From contig NC_092380.1 in assembly GCF_030028105.1 (NCBI RefSeq), positions 67,825,717 to 67,889,716 on the forward strand: 64,000 bases of DNA. Reading direction: 5' to 3'. This stretch comes from Mobula birostris (Eukaryota). A model generated the notes under the pieces. That model did not search any database. It was not told where the DNA came from and worked only from the letters and a program-made list of their open reading frames with translations. Shown here piece by piece: positions 1 through 11,060 of this stretch (within the stretch, counting starts at the first letter, position 1; each line of letters begins with the position of its first letter). The position numbers were made by a program, and so were the translations under genes.

Positions 1-268
1 TTTTACAAAGCCAAAGGTCTCGATCTAAGTAAGAACTGGAACTTGTTTGGAAACAAGGTGGAACAGCAGAAACCTGACTGGATGAGGACTAACCAATCAG
101 GAGGGATGTATGATGGTCATATAAATAGCACCGGGCTAGACATGCCCAGGCATCATCGCTGATGAGGTTGGCAGAGTTTGTCATTGAAACATTGGTTAAA
201 ATCGATACCTTTATCCAACTGGAAGCCGGGGAAGAGTTTATTCATCATATACACTGGGAAAGCAGGTA
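1..268 (+). mobile_element. 3' terminus (pLTR-like) of a Penelope-like element, different family from the other PLE tails, with a decayed hammerhead motif
   Basis: TATA-like ATATAAATA near 118-126, then CTGATGA (159-165), a stem (TTGGCAGAGTTTGTCAT) and GAAAC-ATT (186-193). This layout is typical of PLE termini. Confidence 0.55.
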
Positions 269-297
269 TATTAACTGCAGTAAAGTTAGAGATGTCA

Positions 298-578
298 AAA
301 TAAAATACAGATGCATGTTTGAGGGGAAAATAACAAAAGCAAAGACTTCAGTGTTAACTGATATGTGCCTCAATATGTGTTGTGTTATCCTCATTCTTTG
401 ATATCCACTGATGTACTGTCCTCAGGTCTGGGTAGTCATCAGGTTGGCCCAGGCTCCAGCTCAAGTATTTTTGAACAAATATAGTCACGTATATACATAT
501 ACACACGGAGGAGCCAGCTGCACCTTGTGACTTCAAACTGATTACTGCTTGTTTCTACCACTACATTCAGTGGAAGTA
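298..578. repeat. Copy A of a duplicated non-TE block (paralog at 8453-8728)
   Basis: Aligns directly to 8453-8728, including a 46-nt identical run GAGGAGCCAGCTGCACCTTGTGACTTCAAACTGATTACTGCTTGTT. Confidence 0.9.
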
Positions 579-624
579 TTATTTTAGGAAGTTGGGAGAG
601 CAAATATAGGATATGAGAAGGATC

Positions 625-758
625 CCAGTCCTGCTGAAGGGTTTTGGCCCAAAACATCGACTGTACTTTTTTCCGTAGATGCTGCCTAGCCTGCTGAGAT
701 CCTTCAGCATTTTGTGTGTATTGCTCGGATTTCCAGCATCTGCAGATTTTCTCTTGTT
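625..758 (+). mobile_element. 134-bp Penelope-tail insert with decayed hammerhead motif
   Basis: Reads CCAGTC-CTGCTGA-AGGG...CCC-AAAACATC-GACTG through to CCAGCATCTGCAG. TSD TATGAGAAGGATC (612-624) / TATGAGAAGAATC (759-771). Confidence 0.85.
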
Positions 759-1582
759 TATGAGAAGAATCTGTCAAGAAAGGTGAAGCAGAATTCCAAG
801 ACATTCTGCAAGTATCTTCTTCTTCCTGTGTCTTGCGTGTTACACGCTTGGGCGGTCATGACTTTCCACATCAAACAATCCCACACCCCACACAGCGTCA
901 ATGATAACTCGCACATTTAGATCTGTTAGTTCTTTCACAGTGTCCATATATTTTCTTCTTTGCCTTCCTCTTCCGCGTTTCCCAGGCATACGGTCTTGTA
1001 ATGTAAGGCATTCTATTTCTCCCTTTCTGATGACATGGCCCAGGAATTTAAGTTTCCTCTCATTTAATGTTCTCATTGAAGATCTTTTTGTATGGGCATG
1101 TTGGAGTACTGTCTCATTAGTTACCCTATCTCTATATGATTAAGAACTGTCCTTTTTATTCTGCTTAGAAGTATCAATAACAAGATCTGGGAGGCATGAC
1201 TTATAAGACTTATAGTTCTAAAGTCTGAGAATTTCGTGCTCTTACTTCTCTTTGGGATCGCGACAAACTCTGACACCACAAAATCTGTTGGCCACTTCCC
1301 TTTTGAGTAGATTGTGTTGCAAAGCCTCGTGATCTCTTCAACCTCCAAGTCACCAAGGCATTTCAACATTTCGGCTGTAATACCACCTACATCACAAGCT
1401 TTACCAGTTTTTAACTTTCCAATGGCTGCTCTTACTTCTGCTACCAAAATTTCCAGACCTTCCATGTTCTTCTCACTCACTTGATCATTTCTAGCATCAC
1501 AGTACAATTCCCTAATATATTCTATCCATCTAGTTTCCACCTTGTCATTCTCAAAGAGTATGTTCCCGTCCTTGTCTTGAAT

Positions 1583-2355
1583 GGTGTTATTATCTAAATC
1601 ACCATTATCTGAATGGTGGCTGATTAGGAAAAGGGGAGGTGCAACGAGACCTGGGGGTCCTTATACACCAGTCATTGAAAGTGGGCATGCAGATACAGCA
1701 GGCGGTGAAAAAGGTGAATGGTATGCTGGCATTCATAGCAAGAGGATTCGAGTACAGGAGCAGGGAGGTACTACTGCAGTTGTACAAGGCCTTGGTGAGA
1801 CCACACCTGGAGTATTGTGTGCAGTTTTGGTCCCCTAATCTGAGGAAAGACATTCTTGTCATAGAGGGAGTACAAAGAAGGTTCACCCGATTGATTCCCG
1901 GGATGGCAAGACTTTCATATGATGAAAGACTGGACCAACTAGGCTTATACTCGTTGGAATTTAGAAGATTGAGGGGGGATCTTATTGAAACGTATAAAAT
2001 CCTAAAGAGATTGGACAGGCTAGATGCAGGAAGATTGTTCCTGATGTTGGGGAAGTCCAGAACGAGGGGTCACAGTTTGAGGATAAAAGGGAAGCTTTTT
2101 AGGACCGAGATTAGGAAAAACTTCTTCACACAGAGAGTGGTGAATCTGTGGAATTCTTTGCCACAGGAAACAGTTGAGGCCAGTTCATTGGCTATATTTA
2201 AGAGTGAGTTAGATATGGCCCTGGTGGCTGAAGGGATCAGGGAGTATGGAGGGAAGGCTGGTACAGGGTTCTGAGTTGGATGATCAGCCATGATCATACT
2301 GAATGGTGGTGCAGGCTCGAAGGGCCGAATGGCCTACTCCTGCACCTATTTTCTA
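1583..2355 (+). mobile_element. Young CR1 LINE 3' fragment (ORF2 C-terminus, ORF 1639-2274)
   Basis: RDLGV, LYKALVRPHLEYCVQFWSP, RLRGDLIETYKI, RTRGHSL, FFTQRVVNLWNSLP. TGAAT is repeated at both junctions (1578-1582, 2356-2360). Confidence 0.95.
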
Positions 2356-3111
2356 TGAATAATGCCAGTCCTTGATTGTTTCTTGTTCCTGTTTGTCATC
2401 TCTGCAATCTCCCTGTGTATATCCCTTGAATGATATAACATGTCCATGTTATATCTTTTCACACCGATTGATAAACCATTGTTCTTTAGCTTTTGCACAT
2501 TCTGTTCTTATTTATTGGTCCAATTTCCTGTACTTAGGTGTGTCCTTTTTGTGCTTCCTTCTCTCTTCCATGAGCTTCAGAATGTGATCCATCATCCAGG
2601 ACAGTTCTTAATGAAATTAACGAGTGCCAGAGCGGACTTGTACCGGGTAAGGATACCTGTGAAGGGATTTTCAATTTGCGAATGATTGTGGAACGAGGTC
2701 TAGAAAAAAAAAGACATTTATATGTGCTTCCTGGATTATGAAAAAGCTTTTGACCGAGTCAATCATGAACAGCTGGTTAATTGCCTGAACTCATTGGGGC
2801 TGGAAGGGAAAGATGTTCGACTGATTGCTAGTCTGTACTGGCATCAGAAGGCAGTAATAAGAACTAGTGGTGGGAATTCAACAGAAGTTGAGATCCAAAC
2901 AGGGGCTTACCAGGGCTGCATTATCTCCCCTTTATCATTTAACATTTACTCAGAGGTAATCTTCAGGGTGTTGAACGATGAAGCTGGTGTCCAAGTTGTT
3001 GGAGTGATGGTGAACAATTTGAGGTATGCAGATGATTTAGTGTTGTTAGCCAAGACTGAGGAGGAGTTACTCAGAATAGTAGATAAGATAAATGCTGAAA
3101 GAACACAATTT

Positions 3112-3747
3112 TTTTTTAGATTAGATTATGAGGACACGCAGTCCTCTTTTATTGTCATTTAGTAATGCATGCATTAAGAAATTATACAATATTCCTCTGG
3201 TGTGATATCACAGAAACACAGGATAGACCAAGACTGAAAAAGTAACAAAAATCACATAATTATAATATATAGGTACAGCAGTGCAACAATACCATAACTT
3301 GATGAAGGACAGGCCATGGCACTGTAAAAAAAGTTCAAAGTCTCTCGAATGTCCCACATCTCACGCAGACGGGAGAAGAAAGAAAACTCTCCCTGCCATG
3401 CCAGACCACAGTCCAACTCTGAGTCGTACGAAAACTTCGAGCCTCCAATCAGCCCTCCGACACCGAGTACCGAGCACCATCTCTATCCGAGCGCTTCGAC
3501 CTCAGCCTCGGTCGCCAGCAGCAGGCAAAGCCGGGGACTTTGGGGCCTTCCCTCCGGAAGATTCTCGATTGCACGGTAACAGCGGCAGCGAATTGGCATT
3601 TCAGAAATTTCTCCAGATGTTCCTCTGTGCTTTCACGTCTGTCTCCATCAAATCAGAATTGTCCACGACCCCTACTTAACAGATACGATATCATTTCACT
3701 GGAGAGCTGTGCGTGCTGCGTCGTGCTGCTATCTTCTCCTCCCACCC
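3112..3747 (-). mobile_element. Non-coding, non-autonomous LINE-derived retroposon inserted in RTE-B
   Basis: Interrupts the RTE frame between KINAERTQF and GMKINAAKTK. Minus strand starts GGAGGAGAAGATAGCAGC and ends AATAAAA..(AATCT)2-A-tail; CpG-rich 5' part. Confidence 0.7.
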
Positions 3748-5324
3748 GGAATGAAAATAAATGCTGCAAAGACGAAGATGATGGTAGTATCGCGGAAGAA
3801 AGAAGTCCCCAAAATCAGTATCAAGGTTACTGACGTAGGCATAGAGCAAGTTAAGAAGTTTGTGTACTTGGGACAGATGGTCACAGAGGATGGGAAATGT
3901 GATACAGAAATTAGATGAAGAATTGAGATTGCAAGATCAACATTCTGGAGCCTGAGTGACGTGCTGTGTGGCAAGAGGTTAGACTTTGGGCTGCGTTGTT
4001 GAATTTGGAAATGCTACGTCTGGAGCAGTCTGTTGTATGGAGTCGAATCGTGGACCTTATGCAAGGAAGCGCAATGACGACTGGAGGCATTTGAAATGTG
4101 GTGTTTAAGGAGAATGCAGAAAATTAGATGGGTGATGAAGGCCAGTAATATGGAAGTGTTGAAGAGAGCGAGGAGAGAAAAGGAGTTGCTGAAGAATGTG
4201 CAGAAAAGGAAGCTGGAATATGCCGGGCACTTGTTAAGAGGTGGTGGACTGCAGAAATTGTTATTGGAAGGGATGATAGAAGGAAAGAGGGAAAGAGGAA
4301 GGCAGCGAACCACTTGGTATGATAATGTGAGGCAATGGACTGGGTTGGGTTACGCTGAGGCCAGAAAAAGAGCGCAAGATCGAAGAAGATGGAGGTGCAT
4401 AGCCAACAACCCTGGATTTGGGACGGCACCCACTGACTGACTGACTCTGTATGATATTTTCAGCATTCTTCTAAGAAACCACATCTCTGTTGCTTCTAAG
4501 TTCCTTTGGAGTTCTGGTGTTATAGTCCACGTTTCGGAAGCATACAGTAAGATTGACCAGATGTAACATTTTAGTAGCCTAAGCCTTGTGCAAGTATATT
4601 ATCTTATAAAATCTGCAAGTATATTAAAAGGGTGGTTAGGGAGACAATAGGTCCCCTTAAAGTTTGTCATGACCATCTACTGTAACTGTGGAAACAAAGG
4701 AAATTGAGAGATTTTTAATCAATATTTCACTTCAGTGTTTATGGGCGAGGAAAGGATGCAAGCTAAGGAGATAGTGTTATCTTGGACCATATATTGATCA
4801 GCAAGGAGGGTGTTTAGAAGGCCTGAAAGTGCATTAAGGTGGATCTTTCCCTCTAGGCCTGACCTGGTGCATTCCTGGACATCGTGGGAAGCTACAATAG
4901 AAATTGTGGAGGTCATTACAGAGATTTTTGCTTTGTCTCTGGCTGCAAGTAAGGTGCCAGAGGACTGGAAGGGATTAATATGGTACCTTTGTTTAAAAGA
5001 TTTAGTAAAAGCAAGCAAGAAAAATACAGTTTGGGAGTCTGACGTTGGTGGTGAGTAAATTGCAGGAGGGGATTTTTGAAGAAGAGGATTTACTAACATT
5101 TAGGATAGACAGCATAGCTTCCTGTGTGGGTGCTCATGTCTGGCAAATCTCATGGAGCTCTGAGAAGGTAACCAAGAGGGTAGTTGAGGGTAGGTCAGTG
5201 GATATTGTCTATAGGAACTTTAGAAAAGTTTTTGACAGGGACCCTCATGGTAGGCTAGTCTGAAAGATTAACATCACAGGGACATAGCATCATTCAAGTA
5301 GCATATACAAGATAAACATAAATT

Positions 5325-7410
5325 AACTATAAATTGTAGAAAGTGCTGCACATGAGGTTGCTGAATAAGATTAGAATCAACAGTATGACAGGAAAAATGC
5401 TAGTATCGTTAGAAGATGACTGGCTGGCAGTAGGCAAAGAGTGGAAATAAATAAAGTTTATTGTCATCTGACTGTATATATATTCAACAAAATGAAACAA
5501 CGTTTCTCTGGACCATGGTACACCCACACAACCTATATCACACACAACACATAAATCAAAATATTAAAGTATAAATAAGTAAATAAAATATATTTCAAAA
5601 TGCATGTAGTAAAGCAAAGCACAGGTAATCAGTGAACAGCTCGCTGTCCTATTGACAAGACCTCAGTGGTGGCAGGATGTTCATTAGTCTCACAGCCTGG
5701 GCGAAGAGGCTGTTACCTGGTCTGACAGTCCTAGTTCTGATGCTCCTCTCCTGTATCTCCTTCCTGACAGTAGAGGGTCAATGAGATTGTGGGATGGGTG
5801 GTAGGGATTCTCCACAATGTTTTGGGTCCTTCGTCTGCAACACTCTCAATAAATGTCACAAATAGTGGGGGGAGGGAGACCCTGATGATCCTCTCGGTGG
5901 TTTTTACCATCCTCTGTAGGGTCTTGTGGTCCAATGCCTTGTAGCTCCCATACTCCACAGGGCACTCACGATGGTGCTGCTATAGAAAGTTGTTAGAATG
6001 GGAGTGGGGAGCTTTGCTCACCTCAATCTTCTCAGTAAGTGTAGATGCTGCTGTGCCTTCTTGACCAGTGAGGAGGTGTTGTGGGTCCAGCGTAGACTGC
6101 CCATTACATAAGCACCAAGGAACCTTGTGCTCTTCACTTTCTTTAGGGCGGAGCCATAGATATGCAATGGAAACTGGTCAACCTGTGCCTTTCTGAAGTT
6201 CAAATTCATCTCTTTTGTCATGTCCACATTCAGACTCTGATTGGTGTCCCCGCTCCATTTGACAAGCCCCTCTACCTCCTCTTGCATTGCTAACTCATCA
6301 TTGTTACTAAAAGAGCCCAACCACTTCAGTATCATCAGTGAACTTGATACTTGAGATTGTCCTGCCGACTCAGACTGATTGTGGTCTTTCCATCAAGAAA
6401 TCCAAGATCCAGTCACAGAGAGGGGTGTTGAGACCCAAGGAGGACAGTTTAGAAACCAGCCTCTAAGAGGTGATCATGTTAAACACCAAGCTGAAGTCGA
6501 TGAACAACATCCTGGCGTGCAAGGCATCATTTTCTAGTTGGAAAGGGAAAACACTATGGCATCATCAGTGGACCAGTTGGAGCAGTAGGTGAACTGGAAT
6601 GGGTCCAAAGTCACTGGAAGGTGGGATTTTATATGATCCAGTACAAACCACTCAAAGCACTCTAAACACAAAGCGGACCTTTTCTGGTTAGCGGCCGGTG
6701 ACTAGTCGTTTTCCATAAGGGTCAGTGTTGGGACGCTTCTGTTCACGTTATATGTCAATGATTTGGATGATGGCATTGATGGCTTTGTGGTCAAGTCTGT
6801 AGATAAAACTAGAATACAAAAGCAAGGAGGTCATTCAGAGGTTTCTTAAAGTGTTGGTCAAACTGTTCTTGGAGTATTGTGAGCAGGTTTGAGCTCCTTA
6901 TCTAAGAAAAGCTGTGCTGCCATTGGGGAGGGTCCAAAGGAGGTTCACAAGAATAATTCTGGAAATGAAAAGTTTAACATTGTGTTGAAGTGTTTGATGG
7001 CTCTATGCCTGTACTCACTGGAGTTTAGATGAGTGGGGATCTCATTGAAACCTATTGAGTATTGAAAGGCCTAGATAGAATGGATGTTAGCTATGTATGG
7101 TGAGGGAGTCTAGGATCAAAAGGCACTGTCTCGGAATGGAGGGGTATCCCTTTAGAACAGAGATAAGGAGAAATTCCTTTAGCCAGAGGGTGTTCAGTCT
7201 GTGGAATTCACTGCCACAGATGACTCTGGAGGTCAAGTGATTGTGTATATTTAAAGTAGTGGTTGATATGTTCTTGGTTCGTCGTGTGTCAAAGATTACA
7301 TGGAGAAGGAAGAAGAAGAGGGTTGAGAGAGATAATAAATCAGCCGTGATGGAATGGCAGAGCAGACTTGATGGGCCAAATAGCCCAATTCTGCTCCCAT
7401 GTTTTTATGG
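5325..7410 (+). mobile_element. CR1 3' fragment split by a Rex1/Babar insertion
   Basis: AGGCAAAGAGTGGAAATAA (~5450) resumes as CCTTTTCTGGTTAGCGGCCGGTGACTAG (~6677). CR1 3' UTR ends ~7410. Confidence 0.75.
5451..6672 (-). mobile_element. Rex1/Babar LINE fragment
   Basis: Minus ORFs LNVDMTKEMNLNFRK, HNTSSLVKKAQQHLHLLRRLR, KTLQRMVKTTERII. Confidence 0.8.
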
Positions 7411-7414
7411 CCGA

Positions 7415-8292
7415 ATATCTTTATACACAATTTTACAACAAAACATAATGATAACAAAACAAGTCAATTTTAGTGCAAAGTAGTCAAAGTGGTTAGAATG
7501 TTGCTGAACTCTAGTGATTATGGTTTTGTTGATTAGTTCAAGAACTGAGTGGCTGAATGGAAGTAGTTCTTGACCCAAGGTATGAGGGACTTCAGGTTTC
7601 TGTACCTCCTGCCCAATGTAGCTGCAAAAAGCATGGCCTAGATGGTGGGGGAACCTGTTCTTCTTAAGGCAGTTCCTCCTGTGAATACCAGCAATATATT
7701 GGGCAAAATCCACTAATCTGCAAGTTCAAGCATTCCTGTGCAGTTGAATTGCCATACCAGACTGTGATGCAACAAGTCAGGATCCTATCAACAGCACATC
7801 TGTAGAAGTTTGTTAGTGTTTGGTGACAAGCCAAACATGCTTAATCTCCTAAAATGTAAAGATACCAACATGCTTTCCTTGTGATTGCATGTATGTACTG
7901 GGCCTACGGCAGATAATTTGATTTACAGTATTAACGCCCAAGAATTTAAAACTGCTGACTTTCTCCACAACACCCACTCCACATCCCACCCCCTAATATG
8001 TTCACCCTCCTTCCCCTTCCTGAAGTCAAGAATCAGCTCTTTAGTTTTGTTGACAATGAGTGATAGGTTGTTTTTGCAGTATGCACTCAACCAGGAGACC
8101 CGCATCACTGTGATAAGCTGATTTATTACCACCTATGGCTCGTACAACAACAGGACTGTCATCAGAAAAACAGAAGAAATAGAAGATGGCTTTAGGGCTG
8201 TGTTTAGCCAGACAGTCGTTGTGTATAGGGCATAGAACAAGTTACTAAGCACACAGCCTTGAGACACACTAGTGTCGATAGTCAGTGAGGAG
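7415..8292 (-). mobile_element. Rex1/Babar LINE fragment
   Basis: CKNNLSLIVNKTKELILDFRK motif plus a typical 3' UTR. Confidence 0.7.
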
Positions 8293-8452
8293 ATTCCCAG
8301 GAGGAAGGAATCACATTGAAAGGATAAATCATAGTATAATAATTTAGCCGCAAACTTAGATGTCCAAATAAAATTAAAATGCCTGTTTTGAGGGGATAAT
8401 GCAGTTTATACCCATAAAATAATTTTCACAGGTGGTAGTTGAGCAAAGCCAT

Positions 8453-8728
8453 AAATAAAATGCAGATGCATGTTTGGTGGGGAAATAACGAAAGGAAAGA
8501 CGTAAGTCTTAACTTTTATGTGTCTCAATATGTGTGGTATTATCCTGTTCCTTGATATCCACTAATATACTGTCCACAGGTCTGAGTAGTCATGAGGTTG
8601 GCCCAGGCTCCAGCTCAAATATTTTTGAACAAATATAGTTATATACATATACACACTGAGGAGCCAGCTGCACCTTGTGACTTCAAACTGATTACTGCTT
8701 GTTACTATCAATACATTCAGCGAAAGTA
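8453..8728. repeat. Copy B of the duplicated non-TE block (paralog at 298-578)
   Basis: Aligns to 298-578 with one 4-nt indel in the TATATACATAT tract and one 1-nt indel. Confidence 0.9.
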
Positions 8729-8899
8729 GGTTGACAGCTAATATTATTTCTTTTAAGAAAGTAAAATGTCTATTGTATTTACTAATACATGCAATGACCC
8801 TAGAACACTATACAGAGTATTTGTTTATTTGTGCAGTGTATTCAGTAGAAAGGATACGGCATTGTTGGTGTCTGTAATTTATGTTATTCTGTGCCTCTA

Positions 8900-11060
8900 T
8901 CCAACAGCCGAGGTCAATTCATTAAGTTATGATTTGGTTGCCAATACTAAGGTATGGCTAAGCAAGCCAGACAATGAGGTCATAATGTCCCTGAATACTA
9001 AGCATTCTGAAATAGGTAGGATGAGGATTCGGGCACCTGGGTGTAGAGGGGAGATTCACTTAGAGGGGATGGGAAAGATTGTGGAGATATTGCTTAAAAA
9101 TCATGTTGCAACAGGCTTGAGAAGAAACTGTTATGTTACTTGGATTTATTTTTAATTGAAGGTCCAACAACGTTAAGCAAATTTGTCAGCAAAGGTCAGA
9201 ATAGTGTAATGAGTGGTAAAGGCAGAAAATGCTGGAAATACTCTGCAGGTCAGGCAGCCTCTATGGATAAAGAAACAGAGTTAATGTCCAGACAATGATC
9301 TGCTGTAGCTTTAACGTCATTTCTCTCTCCACAGAAGCTGTCTGACCTGTTAAGTATTCCTAGCATTTTACATTTTATTTCAATTTTCCAGCACCTGGTT
9401 TTGATTTCACTATTCATGGTAAGTAACATTGGGAGAATTTAATCAATTGCGTACAGAAGAGAGAAAATGTACTGTTAAGAATAAGGGACAGATGATTTCC
9501 TAACTAGAACAGGCGAGATTATAATGAATTTAAATCTTCAAAATGATGATGAAGGAAACAGTGTTGCATCAAAAATCAGGACTGAGATTCAGTTAATAAT
9601 TGGAAAGATTATGGAAAGTACACAAGAAGGAAATTATGGGAAAAGGCTGGAGACAATATTAAATTAAATTTAGAACATTTTTGTACTCAGACATATAAAA
9701 AGTTAGAAATCTACATATTGAATGAAAGGGTACAGCAAAGCCATGTAGAAATGAATCCTTTTACATTTACCATCAGAAATGGAGTGGGTGGGCTACTTAC
9801 TCTAAAAGCAAAGAGGGAAGTCGTGCACAGTATACAACTGGTTCACAGGTTAAGATGTTGAATTGGGCAGAGCAAATTTTAGAGCCATTATGCAGCATTT
9901 TGCATCTTAATTGGATGAGATAGTTCGCAGGGAAAGGGATGTCTGCCAAGTGGTAGGACTTTAAAGGTGTGATATCCAGAGATCAGGGCCTGCATGATCC
10001 TGTTGGAATGAAGGCGCAAAGCTAGCCGGTTCTGGCAACCTTGGCTTGTAAGAGATATTGAGGCTCTGTTTCAGTAAAGGATGGAGGCATATGGTGCTTA
10101 AACAATTAGGAATTAGTGAATCTCTTGATGACTCTGAGAAGTGTAGGAGTGCACTTTAGAGAGAAGTTAGGAGGGCTAAAACAGGATATGAAAAGGATCT
10201 GGAAGGCAAGGTGAAACAAAATTCCAAGAAATTCTTTACATATATTAAAGATTGAAAGATGGCTAAGGAGACAATAGGTCCCCTTAAGTATCATCATGGC
10301 CATCTATGTGTGGAACCGAAAGAAACAGAGAGATTTTTAATTAGTATTTTTCTTCAATGTTTACAGAGGAGAAAAGGATACAAGCTAAGGCAGTAGGGAA
10401 CTGAATGGTGTTGTCTTGGACCATACACTGTATGGATCAGAAAGAAGGAGAATTAAGAGGCCCAAAAGTGTATTAAGATGGATACATCTGTGGGCCGGGC
10501 CTGACCAGGAGCATTCTTAGACCTTGTGAGAAGCTGGATTAGAAATTGTGGAGGCCCTTACAGAGGTTTTGGCAAAACTAGAAAGAGTACAGAAAATGTT
10601 TATCAAGATGTTGCCTAGATTTGGGAGACTGATTTACAAGGATAGGTTGCATTGACTGGGACATTCTTTCTTGGCGTGTAGGAGATCAAGGGGTGACCTG
10701 ATGAAGGTATATAAGATCATCAGAAACATAGATAGCTGAAAGTACAACTTTACCACAGGAAGGGTATTCTAAAATCCAGAGAGCATATGTTTAAGATCAG
10801 AAGTGGACGACTTAAATGTGACAACAGGGACAGCCACTCCACACAAAGGATAGTACAATTTTGGAATGAGATGCCAAAAATAGTGATTGAGATGGGCCGA
10901 TTAACAACATTTAAAAGCCATGTAGGTAGGTACATGGATAGGAGAAGTTTCGAAGACTATGGGACAAACATGGGCAAATGGGTCTTGCATGCTTGGCAGC
11001 ACAGTCGGCATGAACAAGTTTGACTGAAGTTCCTGTCTCCATGTTGTATGACTCTGACAC
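8900..11060 (+). mobile_element. Degenerate, internally deleted CR1 LINE
   Basis: SYDLVANTKVWL resembles the endonuclease motif YDIVAITETWL; C-terminal TQRIVQFWNEMP; 3' tail ~11040-11057. Confidence 0.7.
9222..9400. repeat. Inverted pair of old Penelope-tail fragments
   Basis: AAAATGCTGGAAATACTCTGCAGGTCAGGCAGCCTCTATGGA is the approximate reverse complement of TCCACAGAAGCTGTCTGACCTGTTAAGTATTCCTAGCATTTT. Confidence 0.65.

Larger units (their letters stand above)
1141..4444 (+). mobile_element. RTE-clade LINE 'RTE-B' with inverted 5' segment (1141-2597 minus; 2598-4444 plus)
   Basis: RT motifs FRTISLISHASQILL (minus) and FLDYEKAFDRV, QGCIISP, NNLRYADD, GKRERGRQR (plus). (ACTG)n tail; TSD CTCTATATGAT (1130-1140) / CTCTGTATGAT (4445-4455). 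Confidence 0.9.
816..4588 (-). mobile_element. RTE-clade LINE 3' fragment 'RTE-A', split into 4445-4588 and 816-1140
   Basis: Minus-strand translation TRLRLLKCYIWSILLYASETW..EATEMWFLRRMLKISY continues as DRVTNETVL..ERKLKFLGHVIRK..GKRGRGRQRRKYMD. (GAA)n tail; TGCAAGTAT flanks both ends (807-815, 4589-4597). Confidence 0.85.
579..5280 (+). mobile_element. Old CR1 LINE fragment (pieces ~579-624, 759-815, 4598-5280) hosting nested insertions
   Basis: The pieces join into sequence similar to the CR1 at 10150-10570. ORF remnants ASKVPEDWK and VDIVYRNFRKVFD are CR1 RT-like. Confidence 0.75.

Noticed and set aside
425-484. Plus-strand terminal exon GLGSHQVGPGSSSSIFEQI* after a CAG acceptor in both copies
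   Set aside because: All three differences between copies are non-synonymous, and the upstream GTAAGT donor exists only in copy B.
354-536. Minus ORF with WSLGQPDD, resembling the C-type lectin W-x-x-G-Q-P-D motif
   Set aside because: Copy B changes QPD to QPH and has a stop in this frame; no WND motif or cysteines follow.
8766-9155. 129-aa ORF next to copy B
   Set aside because: Its middle is a decayed CR1 endonuclease start (SYDLVANTKVWL), not a host gene.
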